This document shows, one piece after another, positions 1-9,840 of a DNA stretch of 64,000 nt. The DNA is from Campylobacterales bacterium (GTDB lineage: Bacteria > Campylobacterota > Campylobacteria > Campylobacterales > QNZT01): NCBI GenBank assembly GCA_027066435.1, contig JAMONX010000121.1, forward strand, positions 4,120-68,119, given 5' to 3'. The notes below the pieces were generated by a model. That model did no database searches, was not told the DNA's origin, and was given only the letters and a program-made list of their open reading frames with translations. How positions within the stretch are numbered: position 1 is the stretch's first letter; each line of letters begins with the position of its first letter. Made by a program: the position numbers and the translations under genes.

Positions 1-912
1 ATGGACATAGAGTATCTATCTATAAACTCTAATAAAAACTGCTATAAAAATATTGCAGAGACTTTTTTTGTTGTAATGAAAGAGTTTATCAAAAATGTAA
101 GGAAATATGATCATACCTCTTTACACGGTACAGCCAATCACTACATAATGATAGCTCCTTTTATTATATTTATTTCAAAAATATTTGGAAAAACTGTAAG
201 CCTTAGAAAGTTCGCTGGAAATTTTGATGAAATTTATGAAAAATCTGACCCAATAAAAAAGTTTTTAATCAGATATGTACTAAAAAATGCAAATCAAAGT
301 TTTTTTGAAACTAAATACCTAGTAGAGTATTTTAAAAAATTCAATCCAAATACATTTTGGTTCCCAAATGTTAGAAGAAAAGTAGATGGATTAGCTCCTA
401 AGAGTGAGTTTAATAAAAAATTTGTCTATATCAGCCACTTAAAAGATGAAAAAGGAACGCAGGAGCTTTTAGAAGCTTGTAAAAAACTAGATGATAGTTT
501 TGATGTAAAGATTTACGGTCCTATACATGAAGATAAATATACAAAAGAGTATGTTGCTGGATTTAACACAAGTTATGAAGGATCTCTTAGCCCAATAGAG
601 GTGATAGAAAAATTAAAAGAGGCAGATGTTTTAGTGCTTCCAAGCCACAGAGAGGGCTATCCTGGTATCGTGATAGAAGCCTATTCGGCGGGACGACCAG
701 TTTTAGTGACCAATTTACCTGCAATTGCGGAGATAGTAGAAGAGGGTAAAACTGGAGTATTAGTAGATGTTAGAAATGTAGACGCACTTGTGGAAGGGTT
801 TTCTAAGTTTAACAAAGAGAACTATCCACAAATGTCACAAAATGCTTTTAAAGCATTTGAGAATTTTAACTCAATGGAGCAGACAAAAATCTTTTTGGAG
901 AGAATCAGCTAG
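1..912 (+). CDS. Glycosyltransferase, GT-B fold GT4/GT1-type (possibly truncated by the window edge)
   Basis: The C-terminal half carries the GT4-like signature REGYPGIVIEAYSAGRPVLVTNLPAIAEIVEEGKTGVLV. The ORF starts at base 1. Confidence 0.7.
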   Translation: MDIEYLSINSNKNCYKNIAETFFVVMKEFIKNVRKYDHTSLHGTANHYIMIAPFIIFISKIFGKTVSLRKFAGNFDEIYEKSDPIKKFLIRYVLKNANQSFFETKYLVEYFKKFNPNTFWFPNVRRKVDGLAPKSEFNKKFVYISHLKDEKGTQELLEACKKLDDSFDVKIYGPIHEDKYTKEYVAGFNTSYEGSLSPIEVIEKLKEADVLVLPSHREGYPGIVIEAYSAGRPVLVTNLPAIAEIVEEGKTGVLVDVRNVDALVEGFSKFNKENYPQMSQNAFKAFENFNSMEQTKIFLERIS

Positions 913-2712
913 TTACTGATCTTTTAAAACATCTGTGATTGCTGCTCCAAATAATATATTTCCATTTGCATTTGGATGAGTATTATCGCCTATTGACCAA
1001 AGTTGTTCGGTATCCACGCTTGGTGAAACATCTAAGGTTTTTGCAAAAAAGTCAAAAAACATCCAGCCATTTTTAGCTGCCATTATTTTCCCTTTTTCTC
1101 TGTACCCCATAAGTTTTCGCTCTGTAGTCCTTTCGACACCATCGTCATCGTATAGGTTTGGAACACCGCTAGTAGCAATACCAATTTTTACGGTATGGTC
1201 AATGCCATCAGTAACTTGATTAATTACAGTTTTGACATTGTTTTCCCACTTGGTAATTCGTTTAATAACACATATTTTAACAACATCAGTTGGTATATCT
1301 TTTGTCAAAGTTATTATATTTAAGTTTGAGTCTTGCGAAACTATGCCAACAGCAATATTTCTAATATCATTATTATATGTTCCCATTACCACAACATCCC
1401 CTGCTTTTACATTTGTAGGGCTTGCCAACTGGATTTGGTTTGAAGAGGCAATTGAAAAGCTTACTGCATCCTTGACAATCCATGTGTTAGTACCTATTTC
1501 ATTCTGTTTCTCTCTTGCCCATGTAAGTGCATCATTTGTGCTTGACTCCAATATAAAAAGATCTGGCTTAAATGCTATGATTTGCTCTGTTGTTCTAGGA
1601 TTTGGATTTCTACCATTGTAAGGTGTTGTCGGATCAAAATCTTCTGCTTTAGCACCAGAGATTCCTGCGTTTTGAAAATAGTACATATGGTTTGTGATAA
1701 AATTTAAGATAAACTCTTCACTTCCACCATCTTTAATTTTAAGTGTAAAATTGTGATCTTTATAACCAAGACCTCCCCATGTCATAACTGCACGCTCATC
1801 GGTTTGTCTAAAATCTAATGATTGATCTGGTATAGGAGGAATTCTATCGTTATATTTTTCGCCACAAGGACTTTCAAGTGGAGACTCTATGCTTTGTGAG
1901 ATATGATCGACGGTAGATTTTACTGGTTTGATAGTTTCAGCATAATCAAATGTTATAGTAAAGTTATCACTTGGTGCATTTTTAAAAACAATAAAATGAT
2001 GTATTTTTTTGCCAACCTCTTTTCTTATAATTAGCCAACCATTGTTGGTAACAGAGTCTCCGCATCTTGCTGTATTAATGAACCCTGCACCATATCCTTG
2101 AACATTATGATTAAAAGTATGTGCACGACCAAGATCAAACAGTAGTGTAGAGCCGTTACCGTTAATAGAAACACTTCCCCTTTGTATATCTTCACCTTTT
2201 GTAGAGAAAGTTCCTTTACTCACACCATCAATAATCATCTCTACAGTTGCACCAGCGTTTCCTCTCTCTTTTGCAAATGCAATGCTAATCTTATCACCTT
2301 TAATACTTCCTTTGATTTCAGTACCTGCACCAGTGTATTTATAGAGTTTCCCTTTGTAGCTCATAGCATCGTTAATAACTTCTCCGTTAGTTGGTATTAT
2401 AGTTGTAGCTACTTCATCTCTAAAGTATTTTTCAACTTCTCCAAGATATGCTTCTTCACCTAGATATCCTTGTCCCCAAGTAATAGAACTGCCTGCTATA
2501 GTAATTCTGTTATATTTATAGTCAGCTGTTTCTCCGGTGATAGGTTCTGTGTTTGGAGTGTCATTTTTATCTGGATTAATATTTGTTTCTGGTGTTGTAT
2601 TTGTATCTGGTGCAACAGTGTTCCCACTACCACATCCTTGCAGGGTCAACATCGATACTATTATGCCTAAAATAAAAATATATTGTTTTATGATTGATGA
2701 AATTTGCTTCAT
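913..2712 (-). CDS. SGNH/GDSL-type hydrolase lipoprotein with large insertions (paralogue A)
   Basis: Signal peptide with lipobox MLTLQGC. SGNH blocks are readable: I IAGSSITWG, II QNAGISG, III ILESSTNDA, V GDNTHPNANG. Alignable over its full length with the ORF at 2864-4657. Confidence 0.6.
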   Translation of the reverse strand: MKQISSIIKQYIFILGIIVSMLTLQGCGSGNTVAPDTNTTPETNINPDKNDTPNTEPITGETADYKYNRITIAGSSITWGQGYLGEEAYLGEVEKYFRDEVATTIIPTNGEVINDAMSYKGKLYKYTGAGTEIKGSIKGDKISIAFAKERGNAGATVEMIIDGVSKGTFSTKGEDIQRGSVSINGNGSTLLFDLGRAHTFNHNVQGYGAGFINTARCGDSVTNNGWLIIRKEVGKKIHHFIVFKNAPSDNFTITFDYAETIKPVKSTVDHISQSIESPLESPCGEKYNDRIPPIPDQSLDFRQTDERAVMTWGGLGYKDHNFTLKIKDGGSEEFILNFITNHMYYFQNAGISGAKAEDFDPTTPYNGRNPNPRTTEQIIAFKPDLFILESSTNDALTWAREKQNEIGTNTWIVKDAVSFSIASSNQIQLASPTNVKAGDVVVMGTYNNDIRNIAVGIVSQDSNLNIITLTKDIPTDVVKICVIKRITKWENNVKTVINQVTDGIDHTVKIGIATSGVPNLYDDDGVERTTERKLMGYREKGKIMAAKNGWMFFDFFAKTLDVSPSVDTEQLWSIGDNTHPNANGNILFGAAITDVLKDQ

Positions 2713-2863
2713 GAGAATTAGATACCTTTTTATTTAAATTGAATTATTATATCAAAGAAATAAATTATCTTTCTAATTAAGCATATTTATTTATAATAAT
2801 TAAGGATATTTAATAATATATATTTTTATGTTACTTTTTGTGACAAAAAATAACATAAAACTT

Positions 2864-4657
2864 TTATCTTCCAAAGAGTTCTTCTGTTATTGCTTCACCA
2901 AAAAGAGTTCTTCCTGTATCATTTAGATGTGTATTGTCACCAAGTGACCAACGCTCTTGAGCAGGCATAGTGTTTGTTTCTCGAATCCCACCATTAAAAT
3001 CATATGTTTTTTGATAAAAATCTATAAATTTTGCATTTAACTTAATTGCTAATAGTTCACCTTTTTCTTTATAACCTGCCAATTTTCTATCAGTTAGATT
3101 TGGTACACCACTAGTTCCAATGCCTACAAACAGAGGTGAGCCAACACCTTGTTTTACTTTATTTACTACAGCTTCAACATTGTCTTCCCATTTTTGGATT
3201 CTTTTGATTTGGCATCTTAAGTTGTAGTCATTTACATTTATTTTATCTAAAAATTTTACTATTTTTGTTTGTGCATCCCAGTTTTCAATGACTCGCACAG
3301 CAACATCATCAATATTATCAATATAACCACCTATGATTAATACATCCCCTTTTTCTGGAGTTTTATCAGTTGCTGTAAATTTTACACTGTTTGGATTAAT
3401 TATACATTCATCTGTTAATCGTATAATCCACTCATTTGTAGTTGGCAGGTTGGCTCTATAGTTTGCATCGTTGGTTGCTGATTCTAAGATAAATATATTT
3501 GGTGCAAAGTCGATAATTTGTTTTGTAGTGGTAAGCCCGCTTGTCGCTAAAAAGTCAGATGCCTTAAATCCACCTATGCCTGCATTTTGTACATAGTGCA
3601 TACGATTGGTTACAAAATTTATAAAAAACTCAGGTGTTGTTCCGCTAGCTTTGTCATCAATCTCTTTTATTGTAAAAGTAAAGTTTTTTAATCCATTGTC
3701 ATCAAACTTCCAAGTTTTTATAGCTCGTCTATCGGTCTCTCTAAAATCAAGCCCCGATGCAATATCTTGAGGATTTGAAACATCATATGTAACTCCTCCA
3801 TCTCCAAAAGGAGACTCTGTACCAGAACCTATAAATTGAGTTAAATTGCCAATCGTTGATTTACCTGTCTTGATGCTCTCCCCATATTTAAACGAGGCAC
3901 TGATAGTAGAATTATTTGTCGGTGGAGTTTCAAAAAGAATAAAATGATGTACTTCATTGTTGGAAACTTTTCTAATTATCATCCACTCTTCACCCTCTCC
4001 AAACTCTGGAGTAATATTATCTGCACCATTTAGCTCATCATTTATATGTCCGTTTGTTGAAGCTCCGTTCAATCTAATTACATGATTAAAGGTAAATGCC
4101 TCACCTAAATCAAAAAGTGTGTTTGTGCCATTTCCTGTAAAGTTTTTATTACCGGTATGTACAGATACAGCTGTATCATAAGTAGAAAATGTTTCCTGTA
4201 TTACACCGTCAACAGAAAACTCTATCATAGCAGCACCTCTGTTTCCACGCTCTTTTGCATAAGCCAAAGAAATTTCATCACCGGTTAATGTACCGGTGAT
4301 TGTAGTACCTATGCCACTATATTTATAGAGTTCTTCTTTGTAACACAATGGCTCATCAGTGATTATTTCTAAATTATTATTGCTTAAGCCAAATCCCGGT
4401 CTTAGCGTGGTAGCTTTTTCTTCTCTTAGGTACTCTTCTACTTTTCCTACATAAGACTCTGCACCTAGATAAGAGTTTTCACCATTGGTAATTGAACTTC
4501 CAGCAATTGAGATACGGATATTTTTTAGCTGGGAAATTTCAGTAATTTGAGCCTCCGTTCCTGGTGTTCCACCACCACATCCTTGCAGAAACATCATTGA
4601 TATTCCTGCACCTAAGATGAAAATATATTGTTTTATGCTAAATGAAATCTGTTTCAT
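2864..4657 (-). CDS. SGNH/GDSL-type hydrolase lipoprotein with large insertions (paralogue B)
   Basis: Lipobox MFLQGC. Blocks: IAGSSITNG, QNAGIGG, ILESATNDA, GDNTHLNDTG. The N-terminus is nearly identical to paralogue A (MKQIS..IKQYIFILG). Confidence 0.6.
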   Translation of the reverse strand: MKQISFSIKQYIFILGAGISMMFLQGCGGGTPGTEAQITEISQLKNIRISIAGSSITNGENSYLGAESYVGKVEEYLREEKATTLRPGFGLSNNNLEIITDEPLCYKEELYKYSGIGTTITGTLTGDEISLAYAKERGNRGAAMIEFSVDGVIQETFSTYDTAVSVHTGNKNFTGNGTNTLFDLGEAFTFNHVIRLNGASTNGHINDELNGADNITPEFGEGEEWMIIRKVSNNEVHHFILFETPPTNNSTISASFKYGESIKTGKSTIGNLTQFIGSGTESPFGDGGVTYDVSNPQDIASGLDFRETDRRAIKTWKFDDNGLKNFTFTIKEIDDKASGTTPEFFINFVTNRMHYVQNAGIGGFKASDFLATSGLTTTKQIIDFAPNIFILESATNDANYRANLPTTNEWIIRLTDECIINPNSVKFTATDKTPEKGDVLIIGGYIDNIDDVAVRVIENWDAQTKIVKFLDKINVNDYNLRCQIKRIQKWEDNVEAVVNKVKQGVGSPLFVGIGTSGVPNLTDRKLAGYKEKGELLAIKLNAKFIDFYQKTYDFNGGIRETNTMPAQERWSLGDNTHLNDTGRTLFGEAITEELFGR

Positions 4658-4711
4658 AAGATTATAAGCTCCTTGATTATACTAATTAGATGATTTTAGC
4701 ATAAAATTATG

Positions 4712-6001
4712 TTATTTTACTTTTTCCTTTGATATTGCATCTAAATATTTAAAAAGAGATTGACTTGATTCTTCCATTTTTGTAAAATTATCGATAAGTG
4801 TTTCTCCTTTTTCCTTTGTTAATCCATTCTCTGATACTTCTTGGAGATTTTTATTTGAGTACTGATGTAGTAGTTTGTATTGTGCTTGCAACTCTTTAAA
4901 ATAGTGTAGTTTTCCAAACATCTTTTTTCCTTCATTTTCCAACCATTCCCCAAGTTTACAATTTTGAATGTCTGCTTCAGACATTGGACTGTCACTTAAT
5001 ATCTCTCTATAGACTTTTGATTTATAAGATATATTATCTGCTTTAAATGATGAAGTAATATTTGAAAGTTCAAGAATATGTGATAGTTGGGCTGTTTCTT
5101 GTGACATTTCATTTAGTTTTACTAACGCAGATTGAAACTCTGATACAGTATCACTAGATTCAATTGTGATAGCGTTTATCTCTTCGGAGTTTGTTTGTAT
5201 CTGATTTGTCTCTTGTTGTAAGGTTTGTATTGTGATAGAGATTTCTGAAGTTGCTTTTTGTGTTCGCTCTGCTAGGTTTCGTACTTCATCAGCAACAACT
5301 GCAAATCCTCTGCCATGTTCTCCCGCCCTTGCTGCTTCTATAGCTGCATTTAGTGCTAGTAGATTGGTTTGATCTGCTATATCTTTGATAAGGTTTACAA
5401 CTGATGTAATTTCATTTGATCTTTGTGTGAGTGAACTTATAGCTTCTGTAACATTAGCGATAAGATCACTTAGATTATGAATCTTTTCAGAGAGTTTCAT
5501 TGTTTGCTCTAGGCTATTGTTTGATTCATTTGCTGTGGTATCTGCAATATTGCTAATTTCTTTCATATGTACTACAGCATTGTATGTATCATTTTTCATT
5601 GTATTTATTCCGCTCTCTATGCCACCACCAATATGGGCAAACTTTTCTCTTAAATCTCCTCTGATTTTTTCCTTGTTTGCTTCATTGATACCATTTACAC
5701 CTTTTGCTACTTCAGCACAATTTAATTTAAATCTACCTTTAAGCCCTGCTTGACGGAGATATCTGTGGTCATTTCCAAGAGATGCTTCTTTTATCCCTGT
5801 TGCAGACTCTCTCATAAGTGCTTCAGTTTGATCTAGCATGTTGTTTATATTCCAAGCAATTTTTTCTAGTGGATCTCCTTTTGGGATTCCCGTGATTCTT
5901 GACTCTAGTTTACCTTGGGATGCGTCAAAAGTTACACTCTCAATTTGTGAAACTAAAACTGATTTTGTCTTACTTCTGGATTTTTGCAATAAACTCATCA
6001 T
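4712..6001 (-). CDS. Soluble methyl-accepting chemotaxis protein with a C-terminal CZB-like domain (TlpD-like)
   Basis: MCP signalling hairpin [38 protein letters not shown]. No TM segment. C-terminal CZB core [13 protein letters not shown] Shine-Dalgarno lies 6 nt upstream of the ATG, inside the 3' end of the PAS gene. Confidence 0.8.
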   Translation of the reverse strand: MMSLLQKSRSKTKSVLVSQIESVTFDASQGKLESRITGIPKGDPLEKIAWNINNMLDQTEALMRESATGIKEASLGNDHRYLRQAGLKGRFKLNCAEVAKGVNGINEANKEKIRGDLREKFAHIGGGIESGINTMKNDTYNAVVHMKEISNIADTTANESNNSLEQTMKLSEKIHNLSDLIANVTEAISSLTQRSNEITSVVNLIKDIADQTNLLALNAAIEAARAGEHGRGFAVVADEVRNLAERTQKATSEISITIQTLQQETNQIQTNSEEINAITIESSDTVSEFQSALVKLNEMSQETAQLSHILELSNITSSFKADNISYKSKVYREILSDSPMSEADIQNCKLGEWLENEGKKMFGKLHYFKELQAQYKLLHQYSNKNLQEVSENGLTKEKGETLIDNFTKMEESSQSLFKYLDAISKEKVK

Positions 6002-6476
6002 AAGAAACTCCTTTTTCTTTTAATGTATTTGTGAGATGTTCCATAGATGCTTCCATTCCACTACTCTTTTCTATCCTTAGCATCTGGTCATAAAGTGGTA
6101 TTATCACATCTAGTGCAACTCTACTAGGTTTTCTTCTCACCGAATAGTAACCTATGATATTTTTATTAACATCATATGATGGTGTTACATTTGCACTAAC
6201 CCAATAAAACCCACCATCGTTCGATAAATTTTTTACATAAGCAAATATCTCTTTCCCGTTTTGAACCCTTTCCCATAAGAGTTTAAATATTGCCTTTGGC
6301 ATGTCGGGATGCCTTACTATGCTGTGAGGCTTTCCTAAAAGTTCCTCTTCACTCATAACTGCCATATCCATAAATATTTCATTGCAGTAAGTAAGTTTTC
6401 CTTTTGTGTCTGTTTTTGAAATGATAAAATCTTCATCTTTCATAACTCTTTCATGACTATTTGGTACTATACTCAA
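5970..6476 (-). CDS. Stand-alone PAS domain protein (Aer/CetB-like sensor)
   Basis: PAS motifs [32 protein letters not shown] and [12 protein letters not shown]. It overlaps the downstream MCP gene by 32 nt in a different frame. Confidence 0.75.
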   Translation of the reverse strand: MSIVPNSHERVMKDEDFIISKTDTKGKLTYCNEIFMDMAVMSEEELLGKPHSIVRHPDMPKAIFKLLWERVQNGKEIFAYVKNLSNDGGFYWVSANVTPSYDVNKNIIGYYSVRRKPSRVALDVIIPLYDQMLRIEKSSGMEASMEHLTNTLKEKGVSYDEFIAKIQK

Positions 6477-6549
6477 ACTAACCTCCTTAAATTGATTTTC
6501 TGCTACAATATCGGCTAGTTAGGAATTTATTTTAGGTTGTGGGGTAAAA

Positions 6550-7515
6550 ATGTTGATAGATGGACAAGGTAGGTGTGTAAATTATCTACGAGTCTCAGTA
6601 ACAGAGAGATGTAATTTTAGGTGTCTATATTGTATGCCCGATAAACCTTTTTCTTGGGTTCCAAGAGAAGAGTTGCTTAGTTTTGAAGAACTTTTTTTAT
6701 TTGTTAAAGCAGCGATTGATGAGGGAATTACGAAGATTAGGATTACTGGTGGGGAACCGCTTTTGAGGTATGATTTGGATTCGTTTATAGAGATGATTTC
6801 AACTCATAAGAGTGATATTGATTTGGCTTTGACGACAAATGGTTATCTTTTGCCAAATGTTGCACAAAGATTAAAAGATGCAGGATTAAAAAGGCTTAAT
6901 ATTTCGTTAGATTCTCTAAAACCAGAAGTTGCACAAAAAATTGCACAAAAAGATGTTTTAGAAGATGTATTAGAAGGCATAGATAAGGCTTTGGAAGTTG
7001 GACTTGGAGTAAAGATAAATATGGTTCCTTTAAAAGGGATAAATGATAAAGAAATAGTTGATATTTTAGATTTTTGTAAAGAGAGAAATATAGAAGTTCG
7101 TTTTATAGAGTATATGGAAAATGCAAAAGCCTCTGATAATCTCAAAGGACTTTTAGGTAAAGAGATACTTCAGCTTATAAAAGAGAAGTATATCATCAAA
7201 AAAGTAGGGCGAGAGGGTAGTAGTCCATCTTTTTCTTATCTTTTAGAAGATGGATATAAGTTTGGTCTGATTGATCCTCATAAACATGATTTTTGCCAAA
7301 CTTGTAATCGTATCAGACTCACTGCTGAAGGACATCTCATCCCTTGTCTATATTTTGATGAAGCGATGAGTATCAAAGAAGCGGTTAAAAACAGTGATGT
7401 TTCAAAAGCTGTAGAGATTTTAAAAGAGGTACTTCAAGATAGACCAAAAGAGAACCGTTGGGGTCATGAAAGTAGTGAGGTTTCAAGTCGTGCATTTTAT
7501 GAGACGGGTGGCTAG
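6550..7515 (+). CDS. moaA: GTP 3',8-cyclase (molybdenum cofactor biosynthesis protein A)
   Basis: Radical-SAM motif [16 protein letters not shown], and the C-terminal cluster motif [19 protein letters not shown]. Confidence 0.9.
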   Translation: MLIDGQGRCVNYLRVSVTERCNFRCLYCMPDKPFSWVPREELLSFEELFLFVKAAIDEGITKIRITGGEPLLRYDLDSFIEMISTHKSDIDLALTTNGYLLPNVAQRLKDAGLKRLNISLDSLKPEVAQKIAQKDVLEDVLEGIDKALEVGLGVKINMVPLKGINDKEIVDILDFCKERNIEVRFIEYMENAKASDNLKGLLGKEILQLIKEKYIIKKVGREGSSPSFSYLLEDGYKFGLIDPHKHDFCQTCNRIRLTAEGHLIPCLYFDEAMSIKEAVKNSDVSKAVEILKEVLQDRPKENRWGHESSEVSSRAFYETGG

Positions 7516-8246
7516 TGATTCCTCTTGTTGAGAGTTTTTACTCCTTTCAAGGAGAGGGTAGGTTTGTTGGAACTCCATCTATCTTCATCAGACTTGGTGG
7601 ATGCAATCTAGGATGTGCTGGGTTTGGAGTGAAAATTGATACACTCATAGGATGCGACTCTTTAAAAGCAGTTAATCAAGAATATTTTAGCCACACTTGG
7701 AAAAAGATAGATAATCTTATACCAATAATCAACGATTATTTAAAAGAGTTAGATTTTAAACCAGATATTGTTATCACAGGTGGTGAGCCATTGCTTCATT
7801 ATCAAAATCCTATACTTCTAGATGCATTAAAAGAGTCTGTTTTAAAAGGGCATAGAGTTACATTTGAGACAAATGCGACGATTGAAATCGATTTTTTAAG
7901 ATTTCCTATTTATAAAAAGATAGTATTTGCTATGAGCGTAAAACTTGAAAATAGTGGTGAACCAAAATCTAAACGGATTAATACAGATGCAATATCTGCC
8001 ATAGTTTCAAACACAAAAGAGTCATTTTTTAAATTTGTACTTAGTGAAAATGATGTTAACACAAAAGAGATAAAAGAGATTACAAAAGAGTATCCTAACA
8101 CTTCTATTTACTGTATGCCTTTGGGAAGCAGAGCTAGTGAATTAAGAAAGAGTGATAAGGCAGTTGCTAATTTTTGTATTCAAAATGGTTATAATTTTGT
8201 AGATAGGATGCATATAAGATTATGGGATAATGAGGAGGGAAGATGA
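7515..8246 (+). CDS. queE: 7-carboxy-7-deazaguanine synthase (radical SAM), atypical Cys spacing
   Basis: QueE-type N-terminus ESFYSFQGEGRFVGTPSIFIRLGGCNLGC...CDS, then GGEPLL. Its start overlaps the moaA stop, and queD follows. Confidence 0.75.
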   Translation: MIPLVESFYSFQGEGRFVGTPSIFIRLGGCNLGCAGFGVKIDTLIGCDSLKAVNQEYFSHTWKKIDNLIPIINDYLKELDFKPDIVITGGEPLLHYQNPILLDALKESVLKGHRVTFETNATIEIDFLRFPIYKKIVFAMSVKLENSGEPKSKRINTDAISAIVSNTKESFFKFVLSENDVNTKEIKEITKEYPNTSIYCMPLGSRASELRKSDKAVANFCIQNGYNFVDRMHIRLWDNEEGR

Positions 8247-8824
8247 TAATAAGAAAATTATTTAAATTTGAAAATGCTCATGTTGTGAGAGGATGTTCAA
8301 GTCAGAGATGCAAATATAGTATTCATGGACATTCATATAAGGTTGAGGTTTTGTTTGAGTCAAATTATCTTGATAATGGTCAGATGGTTTATGATTTTGG
8401 ATTGATGAAATTAACTATAAAAGAGTTAATTGATTCATTTGACCATTCGACGGCAATTTGGGATAAAGATGATAGGGACTATATCGGTTCAATTAAAAAA
8501 CATAGTTTAAGATGGGTAAGTTTACCAGTTTCGCCCTCAGCTGAGCAGTTTGTGCGAGTTATATTTTTGATGGTTGATAAATTACTTTTGCAGACAAAAA
8601 TGGTAAATGGTGAGAAAAATGTAAGTTTGCATAGTGTTATTGTACACGAAACTGATACAGGATATGCACAAGGTTTTAGAGAAGATGCATACAGTAAACT
8701 TATGGGTAAAATAGATTTAAAAGATATTGTTTTTTCCAAACAAGTCAAAGAGGAGTGGAGTGATTTTCATATGTGGGATAAATTATTAGAAGATAAAATA
8801 TTTGTGAATCCTCCATTAAATTAA
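8243..8824 (+). CDS. queD: 6-carboxy-5,6,7,8-tetrahydropterin synthase (PTPS family)
   Basis: PTPS/QueD motifs FKFENAHVV, CKYSIHGHSYKVEV and VHETDTGYA. 4-nt overlap with queE. Confidence 0.8.
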   Translation: MIIRKLFKFENAHVVRGCSSQRCKYSIHGHSYKVEVLFESNYLDNGQMVYDFGLMKLTIKELIDSFDHSTAIWDKDDRDYIGSIKKHSLRWVSLPVSPSAEQFVRVIFLMVDKLLLQTKMVNGEKNVSLHSVIVHETDTGYAQGFREDAYSKLMGKIDLKDIVFSKQVKEEWSDFHMWDKLLEDKIFVNPPLN

Positions 8825-8909
8825 ATTAATTAAATTATAATTCAACTTGTTTTAATTATTAAGATGTAGAATATACTTACAATATAAAATTTTAAAGGAG
8901 TAAGATTAA

Positions 8910-9653
8910 ATGAAAAAAACTTTTATTTATTCATTGGTGTTAGCGGCGTTTTTAGTAGGGTGTGGTGATAAGGAAGGTAACGGTGTAATAGATGCGGCTA
9001 AAGAAGCAGCAACGAGTGCAGTGGATGCAACTAAAGAAGCTGCTGGTAATGCGGTAGAGGCTACAAAAGAAGTTGCAAAAGAAGCAGCAAGTGGAGCAGT
9101 AGAAGCAGTCAAAGAGGGTAAAGATATAGCAACAGCAGCAAAAGATGCAGTAGTAGATACAGCAAACGGAGCAGTAGAAGCTACAAAAGAAGCGGCAGGA
9201 AGTGTTGTTGATAGTGCAAAAGATGCGGGAAGTAGTGTTGTTGATGGTGCAAAAGAAGCAACTACAAGTGCAGTAGATACAGCGAGCAATGCAGTAAGCA
9301 CTACGGTTAGCACAGCAGTTGGTGCAGTAGCTGCAACGACAGGAGCAGTAACAGAAGCTACTGAGACAGTAACTGAAAAAGTGAGTGCTTCAGTAGCATC
9401 TGGCGATGCGGTAGCTGGAAAGTTAAAGTTTGCAAAATGTGCTGGATGCCATGGTTCAAATGGTGAGAAAAAAGCATTAAATACAAGTGCTGCAATTACA
9501 GGATGGGATGTAGCTAAAACTATAGAAGCATTAAATGGTTACAAAGATGGATCTTATGGCGGTGCTATGAAGGGTGTTATGAAAGGTCAAGTTGCAACTA
9601 TGAGTGAAGCAGATGTTGCAAATTTGGCAGCATATATCAATACTTTACAGTAA
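8910..9653 (+). CDS. Lipoprotein class I c-type cytochrome with a long Ala/Lys/Glu-repeat tether
   Basis: Lipobox FLVGC. About 140 aa of roughly 11-residue repeats (AVDATKEAAGN, AVEATKEAAGS, VVDSAKDAGSS...). C-terminal heme motif CAGCHG, with Met-rich GAMKGVMKG as candidate axial ligand. Confidence 0.75.
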   Translation: MKKTFIYSLVLAAFLVGCGDKEGNGVIDAAKEAATSAVDATKEAAGNAVEATKEVAKEAASGAVEAVKEGKDIATAAKDAVVDTANGAVEATKEAAGSVVDSAKDAGSSVVDGAKEATTSAVDTASNAVSTTVSTAVGAVAATTGAVTEATETVTEKVSASVASGDAVAGKLKFAKCAGCHGSNGEKKALNTSAAITGWDVAKTIEALNGYKDGSYGGAMKGVMKGQVATMSEADVANLAAYINTLQ

Positions 9654-9665
9654 ATCTTTTTATAG

Positions 9666-9694
9666 CTAAGAGAGGAGAATTTTTTCTCTCTTAG
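9666..9694 (+). terminator. Hairpin downstream of the cytochrome c gene
   Basis: Perfect 9-bp inverted repeat CTAAGAGAG / CTCTCTTAG with an 11-nt loop. T-rich sequence follows, though not immediately. Confidence 0.45.
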
Positions 9695-9840
9695 TCATCT
9701 CTACTCTCTCTTTTTTAAAAAATTGTATCTTTTTGTATCTTTTATGGAAAAATAATTTTTTTAGTTTAAATAATTTTACACTTATTATATCTTTTATCTA
9801 GTTTGCCGACTTACTTGTATCAAAAATAAGGAGTTGATGT

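Noticed and set aside
6477-6549. Possible Moco riboswitch upstream of moaA, and a cobalamin riboswitch upstream of the BtuB-size receptor (31576-31686)
   Set aside because: Both leaders are far too short (~70-110 nt), too AT-rich and lack the conserved stems.
8927-9313. 128-aa antisense ORF inside the cytochrome c lipoprotein gene
   Set aside because: It is the mirror image of the Ala/Lys/Glu repeat (Ala/Ser/Thr/Leu low complexity) and a typical shadow ORF.
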